DNA of 64,000 nucleotides from Nitrospirota bacterium. GTDB lineage: Bacteria; Nitrospirota; Nitrospiria; Nitrospirales; Nitrospiraceae. The DNA is taken from NCBI GenBank assembly GCA_963703955.1, contig CAVPGK010000026.1, forward strand, positions 29,119-93,118, read 5' to 3'. The translations under genes were made by a program, and so were the position numbers. This document shows, one piece after another, positions 11,308 through 22,108 of the stretch. Each line of letters begins with the position of its first letter. The first letter of the stretch is position 1. The notes beneath the pieces were generated by a model. It saw nothing but the letters and a program-made list of their open reading frames with translations. It was not told where the DNA came from and made no database searches.

Positions 11308-12678
11308 TTATGACGGACGGCTTGGAACCGTCTGAAGCAAGCCGCCTGCGGCAGCAATCCGAACGGCCACGTCCGAATCCTGAAGAGATTTTTTCAGTAG
11401 TTGAATGGCGTCCTCGCCGCTGAGCTTACCGAGTGCTCGCACGGCCATCAACCGCGGTTGCGGCTGTAGGTCCTGACGTAGTAGATCCAACAGCGGCAGG
11501 ACATGTTTGCTCCGCGCCTGGCCCAATGCCTGGGCGGCGGCGCTCCGAACGGATGGGTCAGGATGTTTGGCCAAATCAGCGGCGATGAGTGTCGCCTCGC
11601 TGTCCCCCAGTCGCAGTAGTCCTTCAACCGCACCGGCACGGACCAATTCATCCGGGTCCTTCGCGGCCTGCCAAAGGATCGCACGAGTCTGAGCAAGTTT
11701 GAGGCGCCCCAAGCTGGCCGCGGCGATGCTCCGAACGCGTGGATGCTCATCACTGATGGCGTGGATAAGCGCAGCGGCTCCGTCTGGATTGCCGTAGTCG
11801 CCCAGCGCGCCAGCGGCGAATGCTCGTACGGAGGGATCTGGGTCGTAGATCGATTGGGTCATCAGAGAGAAACCGGCCGGGCGCCTGAGCCGTCCCAGCA
11901 CACCCAAAGCAGCCATGCGCGTATCGGGATCCGGCAGTGTGGCGGCACTGAGAATTTCTGACAGCGCCTGTGATCGTCCGAGCTTGACCAAGGCAGCCAG
12001 GGCGAACACATGCGTGGCTCCCTCCTCGGCTTGTGCGATTCGGGCGATGAGATCCGACGTGCTCGGATCGCCGATCTCACCCAGCGCGTTCAGCGCCGCG
12101 ATCCGGACAGCCGGAGCGGCGTCCATCAATGTCCGTTTGAGTGACGACGGAGCCACGGCCCGTTTGGAGGTCTGCGACGAAATGACTCGACCCATTCCCT
12201 CCGCCGATCGGGCGCGAACCATGATGGATGAATCGAGTAACCCGTCCTCCTGAAGTGGGATCATATCCGGGTCGATGAGATCAGCTAGAGCGGTGTAGGC
12301 GGCAATGCGGAGGTATTCTTCTGAATCACGCACCCGGCTGGTAATAAACGCTTTTGCCACTCGACGGAGCAGGGTCTGGTCATCGCGGTGTCCGAAGGGG
12401 ACGAGCCGAGTATAAGTGCTAAAGGCAGGCTCAGGCCGGCCCAGTTGCAGGTAACTCAGCACCCCGACCTTCAGCACCTCCTGAGAAGGATCCTGGCCAG
12501 TCGGAAGGGCGTCGAGAGAGGCGATGACCTGATCATAGCGACCTTTTTTAAAGGCTGAGAGGATCTCGCGTTGTGGTTTGGAAGGAGCTTCGCGTGTGGC
12601 GGAAAGGGCCGTCGCCATGGGAAGAATCAGAAGCGAGATGCCGATTACACGAGACCGTAGGAGCGGTCGTGCCACCAT
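11308..12678 (-). CDS. Exported HEAT-repeat protein with TPR-like N-terminal part
   Basis: Signal-like ISLLILPMATALSA; many D.DP.VR..AA.ALG repeats; start chosen from upstream promoter. Confidence 0.85.
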   Translation of the reverse strand: MVARPLLRSRVIGISLLILPMATALSATREAPSKPQREILSAFKKGRYDQVIASLDALPTGQDPSQEVLKVGVLSYLQLGRPEPAFSTYTRLVPFGHRDDQTLLRRVAKAFITSRVRDSEEYLRIAAYTALADLIDPDMIPLQEDGLLDSSIMVRARSAEGMGRVISSQTSKRAVAPSSLKRTLMDAAPAVRIAALNALGEIGDPSTSDLIARIAQAEEGATHVFALAALVKLGRSQALSEILSAATLPDPDTRMAALGVLGRLRRPAGFSLMTQSIYDPDPSVRAFAAGALGDYGNPDGAAALIHAISDEHPRVRSIAAASLGRLKLAQTRAILWQAAKDPDELVRAGAVEGLLRLGDSEATLIAADLAKHPDPSVRSAAAQALGQARSKHVLPLLDLLRQDLQPQPRLMAVRALGKLSGEDAIQLLKKSLQDSDVAVRIAAAGGLLQTVPSRPS

Positions 12679-12704
12679 GACAAGCCGATTCCACACGGGC
12701 GAGC

Positions 12705-12732
12705 ATCTTAACATCGAGAAGTGGCTTGTCAA
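12705..12732 (-). promoter_or_regulatory. Candidate sigma-70 promoter for HEAT gene
   Basis: Minus strand TTGACA-N16-TAAGAT with extended TG. Confidence 0.55.
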
Positions 12733-12968
12733 GGGATCGTCGATCCTACTGAATTCACTTCTACCACAAATTTCATCGAGGGAGCCGGCGCAATGTTGAT
12801 AGGAGAGAGGGCTGACGATACTTCCATAGCGGGGTGATATGGAGTCACCGATCTGTCGAGCGTACGGCGGTCGGTGGCAACAGGCTGGCGAGGCGCGAAC
12901 GGATCGGTCGAGTCGGAGCATTCCTGAAGGCGGCCCGCAGTGCCTGCCGATGACCTCGTGGCAACGCC

Positions 12969-15107
12969 TTACCGGGCGGAGCCGGGCGGGTCGGCGGCGG
13001 GGGCGTACATGACCTCCATATATTCCTTGACCATGCGGCGGGCGCAAAAACGCGGAGCAGTGGTCCGGATCGCGTCCTTGACGATCTGGATCCAACCGCG
13101 CGGAATGTCATCTCGATCACGCATGTAGTAGAGGGGAACCACGTCCTGTTCGAGAATCCGATAGAGCTGTTCGGCATCATGCGCGTCTTGAGCCTGTAAA
13201 TCACCCAAGTCGGTCGATGCGGTGATCGCCCAGCCATTCGCCCCATCGTAGCCTTCCTGCCACCAGCCGTCCAAGACGCTGAGGTTCGGCACCCCATTGA
13301 GGGCGGCCTTCTGCCCACTCGTGCCGCTGGCCTCCATGGGCGGGCGCGGGTTGTTGAGCCAGACATCGACTCCCTGAACCAAATACTTGGCCATGTGCAT
13401 GTCGTAATCAGGGAGGAAGGCCACCTGTCCGCCTAGGCCATGGTCCTTGCAGAAACTGTAGACCTGGTGAATGAACTGACGACCGGGCTCGTCGGCAGGG
13501 TGAGCTTTCCCTGCAAAGATAAGTTGAACAGGACGCCAGCGATCCTGGAGGAGAGTCTTGAGCCGTGATACAGCGGTAAAGATCAGCGTGGCCCGTTTGT
13601 AGGTAGCGAATCGACGGGCGAACGCGATGGTCAACGCCTCGGGGTCGAGCAAGGTTCCTCCGGCCAACACCTGAGCGGGCTCCAGATCCCGCTGCATCCA
13701 GCCCGCGCGCGCGCGCTCTCGGATGAAGCTCATCAATTTTCGCTTTAAGGTTTGTCGGGCCGCCCACAGTTCGTTTTCGGGAATGTCGGTGACCCGATGC
13801 CAGATCGCCGAGTCATCCAACCGTTCAGTCCAATCCGGTCCCAAATATTTGCTGTACAGATGGTTGAGCTCAGGGGCGACCCACGTCGGGACGTGGATCC
13901 CGTTGGTGATGCTCCGAATCGGCACCCGATCCTCGGGAAGATCGGGCCACAGGCTGCGCCACATCTTGCGGGACACACGCCCGTGCTCGCGGCTGACCCC
14001 GTTGACGTGCGCGGACATACGCAAGGCGAGCGCCGTCATATTGAACCCGGCGAGGGGGAATTCCGGGTGTTCGCCCAATTTGAGGAAGGCGTCACGTGTG
14101 AGCCCGAGCTGCGGCCAGTACTGGTGAAAATACTGGTCCATCAGCTCGTGTGGAAATACATCGTGTCCGGCCGGCACAGGAGTGTGCGTGGTGAAGATAG
14201 TGTGCGCCCGCACGTATGCCATGGCCGCTGCAGGTGACTGTCCGGTCTGCACTACTTCCCTGCAGAGTTCGAGCGTCAAAAAGGCCGAGTGGCCCTCATT
14301 GGCGTGCCATACGACTGGAGCGATTCCGAGCGCTCGCAAGACCCGCACACCGCCGATCCCCAGCAGAATTTCCTGGCATACGCGAACCTCCTGGCCACCT
14401 CCGTAGAGTTGGGCAGAGAGGTCACGATCGCTCCGGCTGTTGTCCGGAGTGTCGGTGTCGATTAAATAGAGTAACCCTCGGCCGACTTGAATCCGCCAGA
14501 CGTGGATCGTGACCATTCGCTGGCCGAGTTCTACCTTGACCTGGCAGGGTTCTCCGGATGGAGTGATGGCGGGGTGGATCGGAGATTCCAGTCGGTTGAA
14601 CGGTTCCCGCTGCGCCTCTTGCCACCCGTCGGGCGTGATCCGCTGGTGAAAGTACCCTTGCGGATACATGAATCCGATGCCCACGAGCGGCAGGCCCAGA
14701 TCGCTGGCTTCTTTGCAATGGTCGCCGGCCAGGATCCCCAATCCGCCGCTGTAAATCGGAACTGAACTATGGAGACCGAACTCCGCTGAAAAGTAGGCAA
14801 TGGTACGGTTGTTCAATTGCGGGTATCGAGTTGCGAACCACGTGCCCTCGCGGGCCATATAGTGATCATACGATTTGAGGGCCGCAGAGTAGTGGCGAAG
14901 AAAGGCCGGGTCCTCTTGTAAGGCGGAGAGTCGATCCGGTTTTAAATCCTGGAGCAATTTGACAGGATTGTGTCGCGAGAGGCGCCACACCGTCGGATCA
15001 ATAGTTTCGAAAAGTCCCCGCGTTTCCGGGTGCCAACTCCACCACACATTGTTGGCCAGTTCCTGAAGCCGAGTCAGGCCGGCGGGCAAAGACTGGCGAT
15101 CGCTCAC
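12969..15107 (-). CDS. glgP: Alpha-glucan (glycogen) phosphorylase
   Basis: AYFSAEFG, YSGGLGILAGD, NEGHSAF, FTTHTPVPAGHD, ITNGIH, ARRFATYKR, EASGTSGQK (PLP lysine); AAGGAGG SD before GTG. Confidence 0.96.
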   Translation of the reverse strand: MSDRQSLPAGLTRLQELANNVWWSWHPETRGLFETIDPTVWRLSRHNPVKLLQDLKPDRLSALQEDPAFLRHYSAALKSYDHYMAREGTWFATRYPQLNNRTIAYFSAEFGLHSSVPIYSGGLGILAGDHCKEASDLGLPLVGIGFMYPQGYFHQRITPDGWQEAQREPFNRLESPIHPAITPSGEPCQVKVELGQRMVTIHVWRIQVGRGLLYLIDTDTPDNSRSDRDLSAQLYGGGQEVRVCQEILLGIGGVRVLRALGIAPVVWHANEGHSAFLTLELCREVVQTGQSPAAAMAYVRAHTIFTTHTPVPAGHDVFPHELMDQYFHQYWPQLGLTRDAFLKLGEHPEFPLAGFNMTALALRMSAHVNGVSREHGRVSRKMWRSLWPDLPEDRVPIRSITNGIHVPTWVAPELNHLYSKYLGPDWTERLDDSAIWHRVTDIPENELWAARQTLKRKLMSFIRERARAGWMQRDLEPAQVLAGGTLLDPEALTIAFARRFATYKRATLIFTAVSRLKTLLQDRWRPVQLIFAGKAHPADEPGRQFIHQVYSFCKDHGLGGQVAFLPDYDMHMAKYLVQGVDVWLNNPRPPMEASGTSGQKAALNGVPNLSVLDGWWQEGYDGANGWAITASTDLGDLQAQDAHDAEQLYRILEQDVVPLYYMRDRDDIPRGWIQIVKDAIRTTAPRFCARRMVKEYMEVMYAPAADPPGSAR

Positions 15108-15212
15108 ACGTCCTCCTTATGGAACAGGCGAGAGACACAAGCCGAGAGGCAGCAGGAAAGCATGCTAAGATTCTCTCCCTATGCCCCTCAGTCCCGAGCC
15201 CTCGCCTGATGT

Positions 15213-16064
15213 TTATGCGTGACCGATCTGATGCCAGCTGGCCCAATCATCCGAAAAGGCGACAGCGGCATATCGTTCCCCCAGGATCCGGGTGAGGCGG
15301 TTCATCAGCCGAGACAATTGCTGCGCCTCTTCTGGCTTGAGATCTTGTCGGAAACGAGGGTGGAGGCCCCAGCGGGTCTCCACCGCTTCTCCTTCCATCG
15401 CTGACATCACGCTGATCAGCTTGATTTCGTTTCCGGTCCCGCGACCTGGAGATGACTGACTGTCAACGGTCGCCTGGCCTGCGGGCTGCAAGGGATCCGC
15501 ACCGGTGGTCACTCCTGTCGTCATGGCCCCCCCGAAAGCTGCGTTCATCGCCGGAATAGCGGCGTTGGCACACATGCTTGCGGCGGAGATCACGAGGCCG
15601 TTGCCAGGCACGTCCATAGCTTCCGCGACACGCTCGCCGAACAGTCTCAAGAGCTGCTCCTTCTTTGGGCTTTCTTCGGCGGGGACGAAGGCAAACGGCT
15701 CGTATATCCGACGGCTTTCCGACACCGTCTTCCCGATTGTCAGGACCACCTCCATCACATCCGTATCCGAGCCCAAAGCCGGAGCCAAGACGGCTTTCAG
15801 TTGCTGGGAGACGGTGTCTTCGAGGCTGTTCATGAAATGAGGGCGTTCCTGGATCGGGAGATGAAACGCGACGAGGCGATCAGCGAGATTGAATAACACC
15901 TTAAGAAACTCCAAATACACGTTCCATTCTTGCTGTTTTTTCATCTTCAGCGCCTGTTCGGGGGCACTACGTTTCACCATCATGACGGATTCGCCTGCGA
16001 CCGCCAGCATGAGGCCCGCGAGTTCGCGCAAGATGTGAAGATGAGTTCCTTCGCTTGTTGGCAT
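15213..16064 (-). CDS. Hypothetical protein
   Basis: Long ORF with normal composition and upstream promoter; no motif recognised. Confidence 0.75.
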   Translation of the reverse strand: MPTSEGTHLHILRELAGLMLAVAGESVMMVKRSAPEQALKMKKQQEWNVYLEFLKVLFNLADRLVAFHLPIQERPHFMNSLEDTVSQQLKAVLAPALGSDTDVMEVVLTIGKTVSESRRIYEPFAFVPAEESPKKEQLLRLFGERVAEAMDVPGNGLVISAASMCANAAIPAMNAAFGGAMTTGVTTGADPLQPAGQATVDSQSSPGRGTGNEIKLISVMSAMEGEAVETRWGLHPRFRQDLKPEEAQQLSRLMNRLTRILGERYAAVAFSDDWASWHQIGHA

Positions 16065-16084
16065 GTCTGTTTCCACCGTGGCCC

Positions 16085-16113
16085 ATTATATACAAGAGAA
16101 TCTTTACATCCAA
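16085..16113 (-). promoter_or_regulatory. Candidate sigma-70 promoter
   Basis: Minus strand TTGGAT-N17-TATAAT. Confidence 0.55.
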
Positions 16114-16295
16114 GGGGCGCACGGCGCGAGGAAGCAGTCGCATCATCCCTGTGCACGCCGCCCAACCGGTCGTGACTGTGTCTTGATGAGCTACAGTAGT
16201 GCGGCGGAAGGGTCGGTGTGTAAATGAATGTGCACAAGGTGGCCGCAGGGCTACAATCCGTTCGTCAGCGTGATAGTTCGGCTGTGCGCCTCTCG

Positions 16296-16324
16296 TTGCA
16301 TGAGAGCAAGTGGTGTGTTATACA
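16296..16324 (+). promoter_or_regulatory. Candidate sigma-70 promoter for helicase
   Basis: TTGCAT-N17-TATACA with extended TG. Confidence 0.45.
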
Positions 16325-16349
16325 GCGCTGCTCACCCCATGAGGATGCC

Positions 16350-18371
16350 ATGGACCGAGAGATGAAACCCTACGTACTCCGACAAGCCATTGACGAGTCA
16401 GCCGTATCGAAGATGTCTCTTGACTATGCTCAGGCGCTGAATCCTCAACAATTGGCGGCCGTGACAGCCGGTGAGGGACCTGCGCTCGTCATCGCCGGCG
16501 CGGGTAGTGGTAAGACCCGCACGCTTGTCTATCGCGTGGCTTATCTGATCGACAGAGGCATCGATCCGGCTAGCATTCTTCTAGTGACTTTTACCAGGAA
16601 GGCCGCTCAAGAAATGCTCAGTCGGGCAGGTACGCTCATCGGATCGCGCAGTGAGCGCGTGACGGGTGGGACCTTTCATTCGGTGGCGAACACGTTCTTG
16701 CGCCGGTACGGAAAACCGATCGGCCTGGAGCCGAGTTTTACGATTCTCGACCGCGGCGATGCGGAGGATTTAATCAACCTGTTGCGGGCGCAACTCGGAC
16801 TGAACGAGAAAGACAAACGTTTCCCACGGAAAGGCACCATTGGGGAGATTTTCAGCCGATGTGAAAACACATTGGAGTCCTTGGAAGACGTCGTGCTGAC
16901 CGAGTACTCGCATTTTTCAGAGCACATTGATGCGCTGGTCACGCTGAAGCGCGCGTTTGAGACGGCCAAGCGACAGCGGCAGTTGTTGGACTACGATGAT
17001 CTCCTCGTCAGACTCCGGGAGTTGTTGAGCGCGCATGTGTCCGTGCGGGAGGCCATCTCTCGGCGATTTCGGTTCATTCTTGTCGATGAATATCAGGATA
17101 CGAATCGTCTCCAGGCTGATCTGGTCAGAAAGCTTGCGGTGACTCATGACAACGTCATGGTAGTCGGTGATGATTCGCAATCCATCTATGCGTTTCGCGG
17201 AGCCTCGTTTCGGAACATCATGGAATTTCCCGATTTTTTCCCCGGCGCGGCGATCTTTAAGCTGGAGGAAAATTATCGGAGCACCCAACCGATTCTGAAT
17301 CTGGCGAACGAAATCATCAGTGGAGCGCCTGAGAAATACAGCAAGCATCTGTTTACACGAAAACTCGATGGACCATTGCCGGTGCTGGTGCAGGCGTCCG
17401 GTGAGAATGCACAATCCCGGTTCATCGCACAAAAGATCCTCGAATTGCGGGAAGAGGGAATTCCACTGGATGACATGGCCGTACTCTTCCGTTCTAGCTT
17501 TCACTCTTTTGATCTGGAGATCGAGTTGTCGAAGAGGGAAGTGCCCTTTGTTAAACGAGGCGGCTTCAAATTTATCGAGACATCGCACGTCAAGGATCTG
17601 CTTGCCCATCTTAGAGTGCTTGAAAATCCATTAGACGCGGTGAGCTGGAACCGCGTGCTCTTGCTGGTCGACGGGGTCGGTCCAAAGAAAGCGCAGGAAT
17701 TGATCGCGTCGCTGATCAAGCCTGATCGACCTGATCAGTTCCCGATTGACGCGCTCAGAGAGGTGAGCGGCCGGTCTTCGCGGGGACTGAAAGATCTGGC
17801 CCGGGTGCTGGAGGAGGCGGCGCGCATCGGTTCGCTGACACCGGTGGAGCAGGTCAACGAAGTGCACGGGTATTATCTCCCCATTCTAAAAGAGCAGTAT
17901 GACGACTACCCCAAACGGATTCGAGACCTCGAGCATCTGTACACCATGGCTGAGCGGTACCAGAGCCTGGAGGAATTTTTGACGGATCTCGCGCTGGAAC
18001 CTCCAGACCAGAGTGTGGCTGGCATTGAAGCTGCCGATCGAGACAACGAACGGTTAGTCCTCTCGACGATCCATTCGGCCAAGGGCCTGGAGTGGCAATG
18101 CGTCTTCGTCATCTGGGTTGTGGATGGCCGTTTTCCTTCCGCCTATTCCTTCGTCACCGAGGACGAATTGGAAGAGGAGCGTCGTCTCTTTTACGTGGCC
18201 GTCACCCGCGCCAAACGCCACCTCTTCCTCACGTATCCGATCAATATCTACGATAAGACCACAGGTTCCGTGCTCTCCAAGCCGTCTCGCTTTCTTGACC
18301 ACGTGCCTGCCTCTCTCCTGGATACCTGGGCGTTGGTGGAGGAGGGTGGCTTCCGTGACCAATGGGACTAA
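16350..18371 (+). CDS. UvrD/Rep/PcrA-family SF1 DNA helicase
   Basis: LNPQQ, AGAGSGKT, VDEYQDTN, VGDDSQSIYAFRGA, LEENYRST, STIHSAKGLEW, EERRLFYVAVTRAK. Confidence 0.95.
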   Translation: MDREMKPYVLRQAIDESAVSKMSLDYAQALNPQQLAAVTAGEGPALVIAGAGSGKTRTLVYRVAYLIDRGIDPASILLVTFTRKAAQEMLSRAGTLIGSRSERVTGGTFHSVANTFLRRYGKPIGLEPSFTILDRGDAEDLINLLRAQLGLNEKDKRFPRKGTIGEIFSRCENTLESLEDVVLTEYSHFSEHIDALVTLKRAFETAKRQRQLLDYDDLLVRLRELLSAHVSVREAISRRFRFILVDEYQDTNRLQADLVRKLAVTHDNVMVVGDDSQSIYAFRGASFRNIMEFPDFFPGAAIFKLEENYRSTQPILNLANEIISGAPEKYSKHLFTRKLDGPLPVLVQASGENAQSRFIAQKILELREEGIPLDDMAVLFRSSFHSFDLEIELSKREVPFVKRGGFKFIETSHVKDLLAHLRVLENPLDAVSWNRVLLLVDGVGPKKAQELIASLIKPDRPDQFPIDALREVSGRSSRGLKDLARVLEEAARIGSLTPVEQVNEVHGYYLPILKEQYDDYPKRIRDLEHLYTMAERYQSLEEFLTDLALEPPDQSVAGIEAADRDNERLVLSTIHSAKGLEWQCVFVIWVVDGRFPSAYSFVTEDELEEERRLFYVAVTRAKRHLFLTYPINIYDKTTGSVLSKPSRFLDHVPASLLDTWALVEEGGFRDQWD

Positions 18372-18384
18372 TGAACGGCGGACT

Positions 18385-19293
18385 GTGCGCCGTTGGCTTC
18401 CCATTCTTCTCATACTCTGGATAAGCACACACTGGTGTCATGTGCTGAGTGCCTTCTCCGCCGATTCATCAGCGGAGCCTTCCCGTGACTCCAAAACGCT
18501 CTGGGAAATGTTGATCGGCCAAGCCGATAGCATTGGGTTGCCGACGCGGTTTGTGAAAACGATCCCACCGGGTTTTGTCACGCTGGAATTCGATGACCTC
18601 CACGCCTTTGCCGCAGAGTACCATCCCGATCAGCATCGTATGGTGCTGAACCGAACGCTCTCGTTCAATGCGGCGGGCGGCGTCCTCGAATCTCTGACCA
18701 AACTGCCTCCGCGCGAACTGGGCACGCTCTACCACGAACTGTTTCACGCGTATATGGATTACATCACTGTGGTCCCGACACCAAGCGATGCCGAGTCACG
18801 CGCGGCGGAACTGTATGCCTTCGCGAAGGACCGGCAGGAGTGTCGGTACCGGCAAGTCAAGATCACGCCGATTCTTCAGCGAAAGAGCCACACTGAAACG
18901 CGATGGCTGACCGATCGTGAATCCTGGGAGGCGCTGAATGAAACGTGGGCTGTATTCGTTGGATGGGCGGTATGGACCAGTTTAGGAGGGCAGGGCACAG
19001 GATCGCAGAAGAGGGGAGAAGCTGGCCAACGTGCACCCGAAGGGTGGCTGAAGCGACTCAAGAATGCCGATCGCGATGCAGATTTGCTCGGCTATTATGA
19101 GCCTGAGGATACGGCGGAACGCGGTATGGCCCGCAAGCGGTATCTTGCCCCCTCGAACCGGATTACGCCGCAAGAAGTAGGTATCCTGCTTGAGCAAGTA
19201 CTCGAATATTCAGACGAACTTGCTCGAAGATCCACGAGAGTCATGGAACAGAACCGACCTTCATTGCCCGGTAGTCCCCCCTGCCAGAGATAA
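18385..19293 (+). CDS. Exported hypothetical protein with HExxH motif (putative zinc metallopeptidase); start uncertain
   Basis: Signal-like RRWLPILLILW; LYHELFHAY at 18733-18747; downstream EALNE. Confidence 0.7.
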   Translation: MRRWLPILLILWISTHWCHVLSAFSADSSAEPSRDSKTLWEMLIGQADSIGLPTRFVKTIPPGFVTLEFDDLHAFAAEYHPDQHRMVLNRTLSFNAAGGVLESLTKLPPRELGTLYHELFHAYMDYITVVPTPSDAESRAAELYAFAKDRQECRYRQVKITPILQRKSHTETRWLTDRESWEALNETWAVFVGWAVWTSLGGQGTGSQKRGEAGQRAPEGWLKRLKNADRDADLLGYYEPEDTAERGMARKRYLAPSNRITPQEVGILLEQVLEYSDELARRSTRVMEQNRPSLPGSPPCQR

Positions 19294-19400
19294 CGAAACC
19301 TCGAGATCATCTAGTTTCGCGACGGTCCTTCACCATTCCCTCCAACGGAGCAGAACGTGCTCGCTTGAATGAGAAAAGTAAGCCCGAATGGCTTTCCCTC

Positions 19401-19429
19401 TTGACATGGGGCGTCGTGGCCAATAGAAT
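19401..19429 (+). promoter_or_regulatory. Sigma-70 promoter of the tRNA-tuf operon
   Basis: TTGACA-N17-TAGAAT. Confidence 0.75.
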
Positions 19430-19570
19430 TACATGCTTCTGGAACCAAAGCATTTTCCATCCTGAAACAGTTATCCATTTTGTGTCCGTTGACCAGAGGG
19501 AAACTGTGGGCGGGGTGGTTTGCTTTGAGTCCTTAACCTGAATGATGCAATTATCCAAAGATCATCCAGA

Positions 19571-19655
19571 GGGCAGGTACCCAAGTGGACAAAGGGGGCA
19601 GACTGTAAATCTGTTGCCATCGGCTTCCAAGGTTCGAATCCTTGCCTGCCCACCA
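19571..19655 (+). tRNA. tRNA-Tyr(GTA)
   Basis: Acceptor GGGCAGG/CCTGCCC, anticodon arm GCAGA-CTGTAAA-TCTGT, long variable arm, TTCGAAT loop, CCA. Confidence 0.96.
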
Positions 19656-19862
19656 GACCATGTGAGTACCGCCCGCTTCGATCACCTGCGGTCGGATGTT
19701 GGTTTTGAGTTTGATAAGGCCGAGTTTTCCTAGTTCCATCCACTTCAACCAACTGCGGATCGTCGATACGTCGAGAGATGTTTTGAAAGTCTGCTTGCGT
19801 CGCGCGCTTTGGATGTCAGACGGGATAATCACACGATAATAACGACGGGCAATGATGACGAT

Positions 19863-19937
19863 GCGGGCGTAGCTCAGTGGTAGAGTTCCAGCCTTCCAAG
19901 CTGGCTGTCACGGGTTCAAATCCCGTCGCCCGCTCCA
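19863..19937 (+). tRNA. tRNA-Gly(TCC)
   Basis: GCGGGCG/CGCCCGC acceptor, CCAGC-CTTCCAA-GCTGG, TTCAAAT, CCA. Confidence 0.96.
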
Positions 19938-20008
19938 ATGGAAACTCTTTAGCAACGTATCTGAACAGACCGCGTGTGCATGAGGCTGTCGAGTTGGGAC
20001 TTTGAGTT

Positions 20009-20084
20009 GCCCACGTAGCTCAGTTGGTAGAGCACGTCCTTGGTAAGGACGAGGTCACGCGTTCAATCCGCGTCGTGGGCTCCA
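20009..20084 (+). tRNA. tRNA-Thr(GGT)
   Basis: GCCCACG/CGTGGGC acceptor, anticodon arm around CTTGGTAAG, TTCAAT loop, CCA. Confidence 0.95.
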
Positions 20085-20117
20085 GCTGTCGGCGGGGCAC
20101 TAGTGTCGGCGTTTTCT

Positions 20118-20140
20118 GCAGGCATCGTTCCTGCCTTTTT
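20118..20140 (+). terminator. Weak intrinsic terminator-like hairpin between tRNA cluster and tuf
   Basis: GCAGG-catcgtt-CCTGC followed by CTTTTT. Confidence 0.35.
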
Positions 20141-20195
20141 ACCGCTCAAATCGGACAGCCATTGTGACTGACAAAATATAAGCAAGGAGGGGGAC

Positions 20196-21401
<1,206 letters not shown>

Positions 21402-21421
21402 TGATTAAGCGATCATCGGAG

Positions 21422-21559
21422 GCGGAAATGGCGACGCTGCCTCCGTGCTCGCAGAGCGCGCCCGATCGGAATGTGCCCGCTTAGGGAAGGGGCGCGTCTT
21501 GGCGCCTGGGGCGGGCGGGTGAAAGGGATGCGCAGTAGAGGCAGCGTCGCCATTCCCGC
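21422..21559. repeat. Stem-loop repeat (family B) carrying G-rich cassette X
   Basis: Perfect 17-bp inverted repeat AATGGCGACGCTGCCTC (21427-21443) / GAGGCAGCGTCGCCATT (21538-21554); internal GGGAAGGGGCGCGTCTTGGCGCCTGGGGCGGGCGGGTG. Confidence 0.8.
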
Positions 21560-21601
21560 AAGAGCTTGCCCCGCAGGCAGTTGAGGATGAGGAGTTAGAA
21601 G

Positions 21602-21751
21602 ATGCGTGACATTATCTCGATGGCATGTTCAGTCTGTAAACGACGGAACTATTCGACGATGAAAAATAAGAAGAATGATCCGGATCGCATTGAGCGAAAC
21701 AAGTATTGCCGGTTTTGCCGCAAGCACCAACCGCACAAGGAAGTGAAGTAG
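21602..21751 (+). CDS. rpmG: 50S ribosomal protein L33 (Cys-containing form)
   Basis: Not in ORF track. [57 protein letters not shown]. Confidence 0.95.
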   Translation: MRDIISMACSVCKRRNYSTMKNKKNDPDRIERNKYCRFCRKHQPHKEVK

Positions 21752-21804
21752 GGCACGAGGCGATGAGTCGAGGTTAGGACATTCTTCAGATCTTGAGTTT
21801 TATC

Positions 21805-21973
21805 AGGATGCTCAAAAAAGCCAGCCACCGAGGCCGCAGACGGAATCAAAACCGGAGGCGTAGCCCCGCGCTACGTCGAGGATTTTGATGAGCCGGGAAC
21901 GAAGCTCGGGAAGGGGCGCGTCTAGGCGTGCCTGGGGCGGGGCGGGTGTGAATGTTGTCTTTTTCAGCATCCT
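21805..21973. mobile_element. MITE-like element (family A) carrying cassette X
   Basis: Terminal inverted repeats AGGATGCTCAAAAA / TTTTTCAGCATCCT; backbone homologous to 29455-29641; no ORF. Confidence 0.75.
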
Positions 21974-21977
21974 ACAG

Positions 21978-22054
21978 AGGGGCATGGTGTTCAACGGCTA
22001 GCACGTCGGTCTCCAAAACCGAAGGTCCGGGTTCGATTCCTGGTGCCCCTGCCA
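21978..22054 (+). tRNA. tRNA-Trp(CCA)
   Basis: AGGGGCA/TGCCCCT acceptor, TCGGT-CTCCAAA-ACCGA, TTCGATT, CCA; usual position before secE. Confidence 0.96.
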
Positions 22055-22108
22055 GGCCGGCCATCTGACTTGGCCGGGACCGCGACCGGCGCAGAGGAGT
22101 GCGTTGTC

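Noticed and set aside
12679..13095. Long N-terminal extensions in the ORF track (HEAT gene; also treZ to 6308, helicase from 16224, fusA from 34830, hpf from 58273)
   Set aside because: Promoter and SD positions support downstream starts; some extensions overlap neighbouring genes
19471..19559. DnaA-box-like TTATCCATT and TTATCCAAA
   Set aside because: Only two imperfect matches; no dnaA or unwinding element nearby
21422..21973. CRISPR array or attC cassette array
   Set aside because: Repeats are dispersed and irregular, with no unique spacers of constant length and no cas or integrase gene
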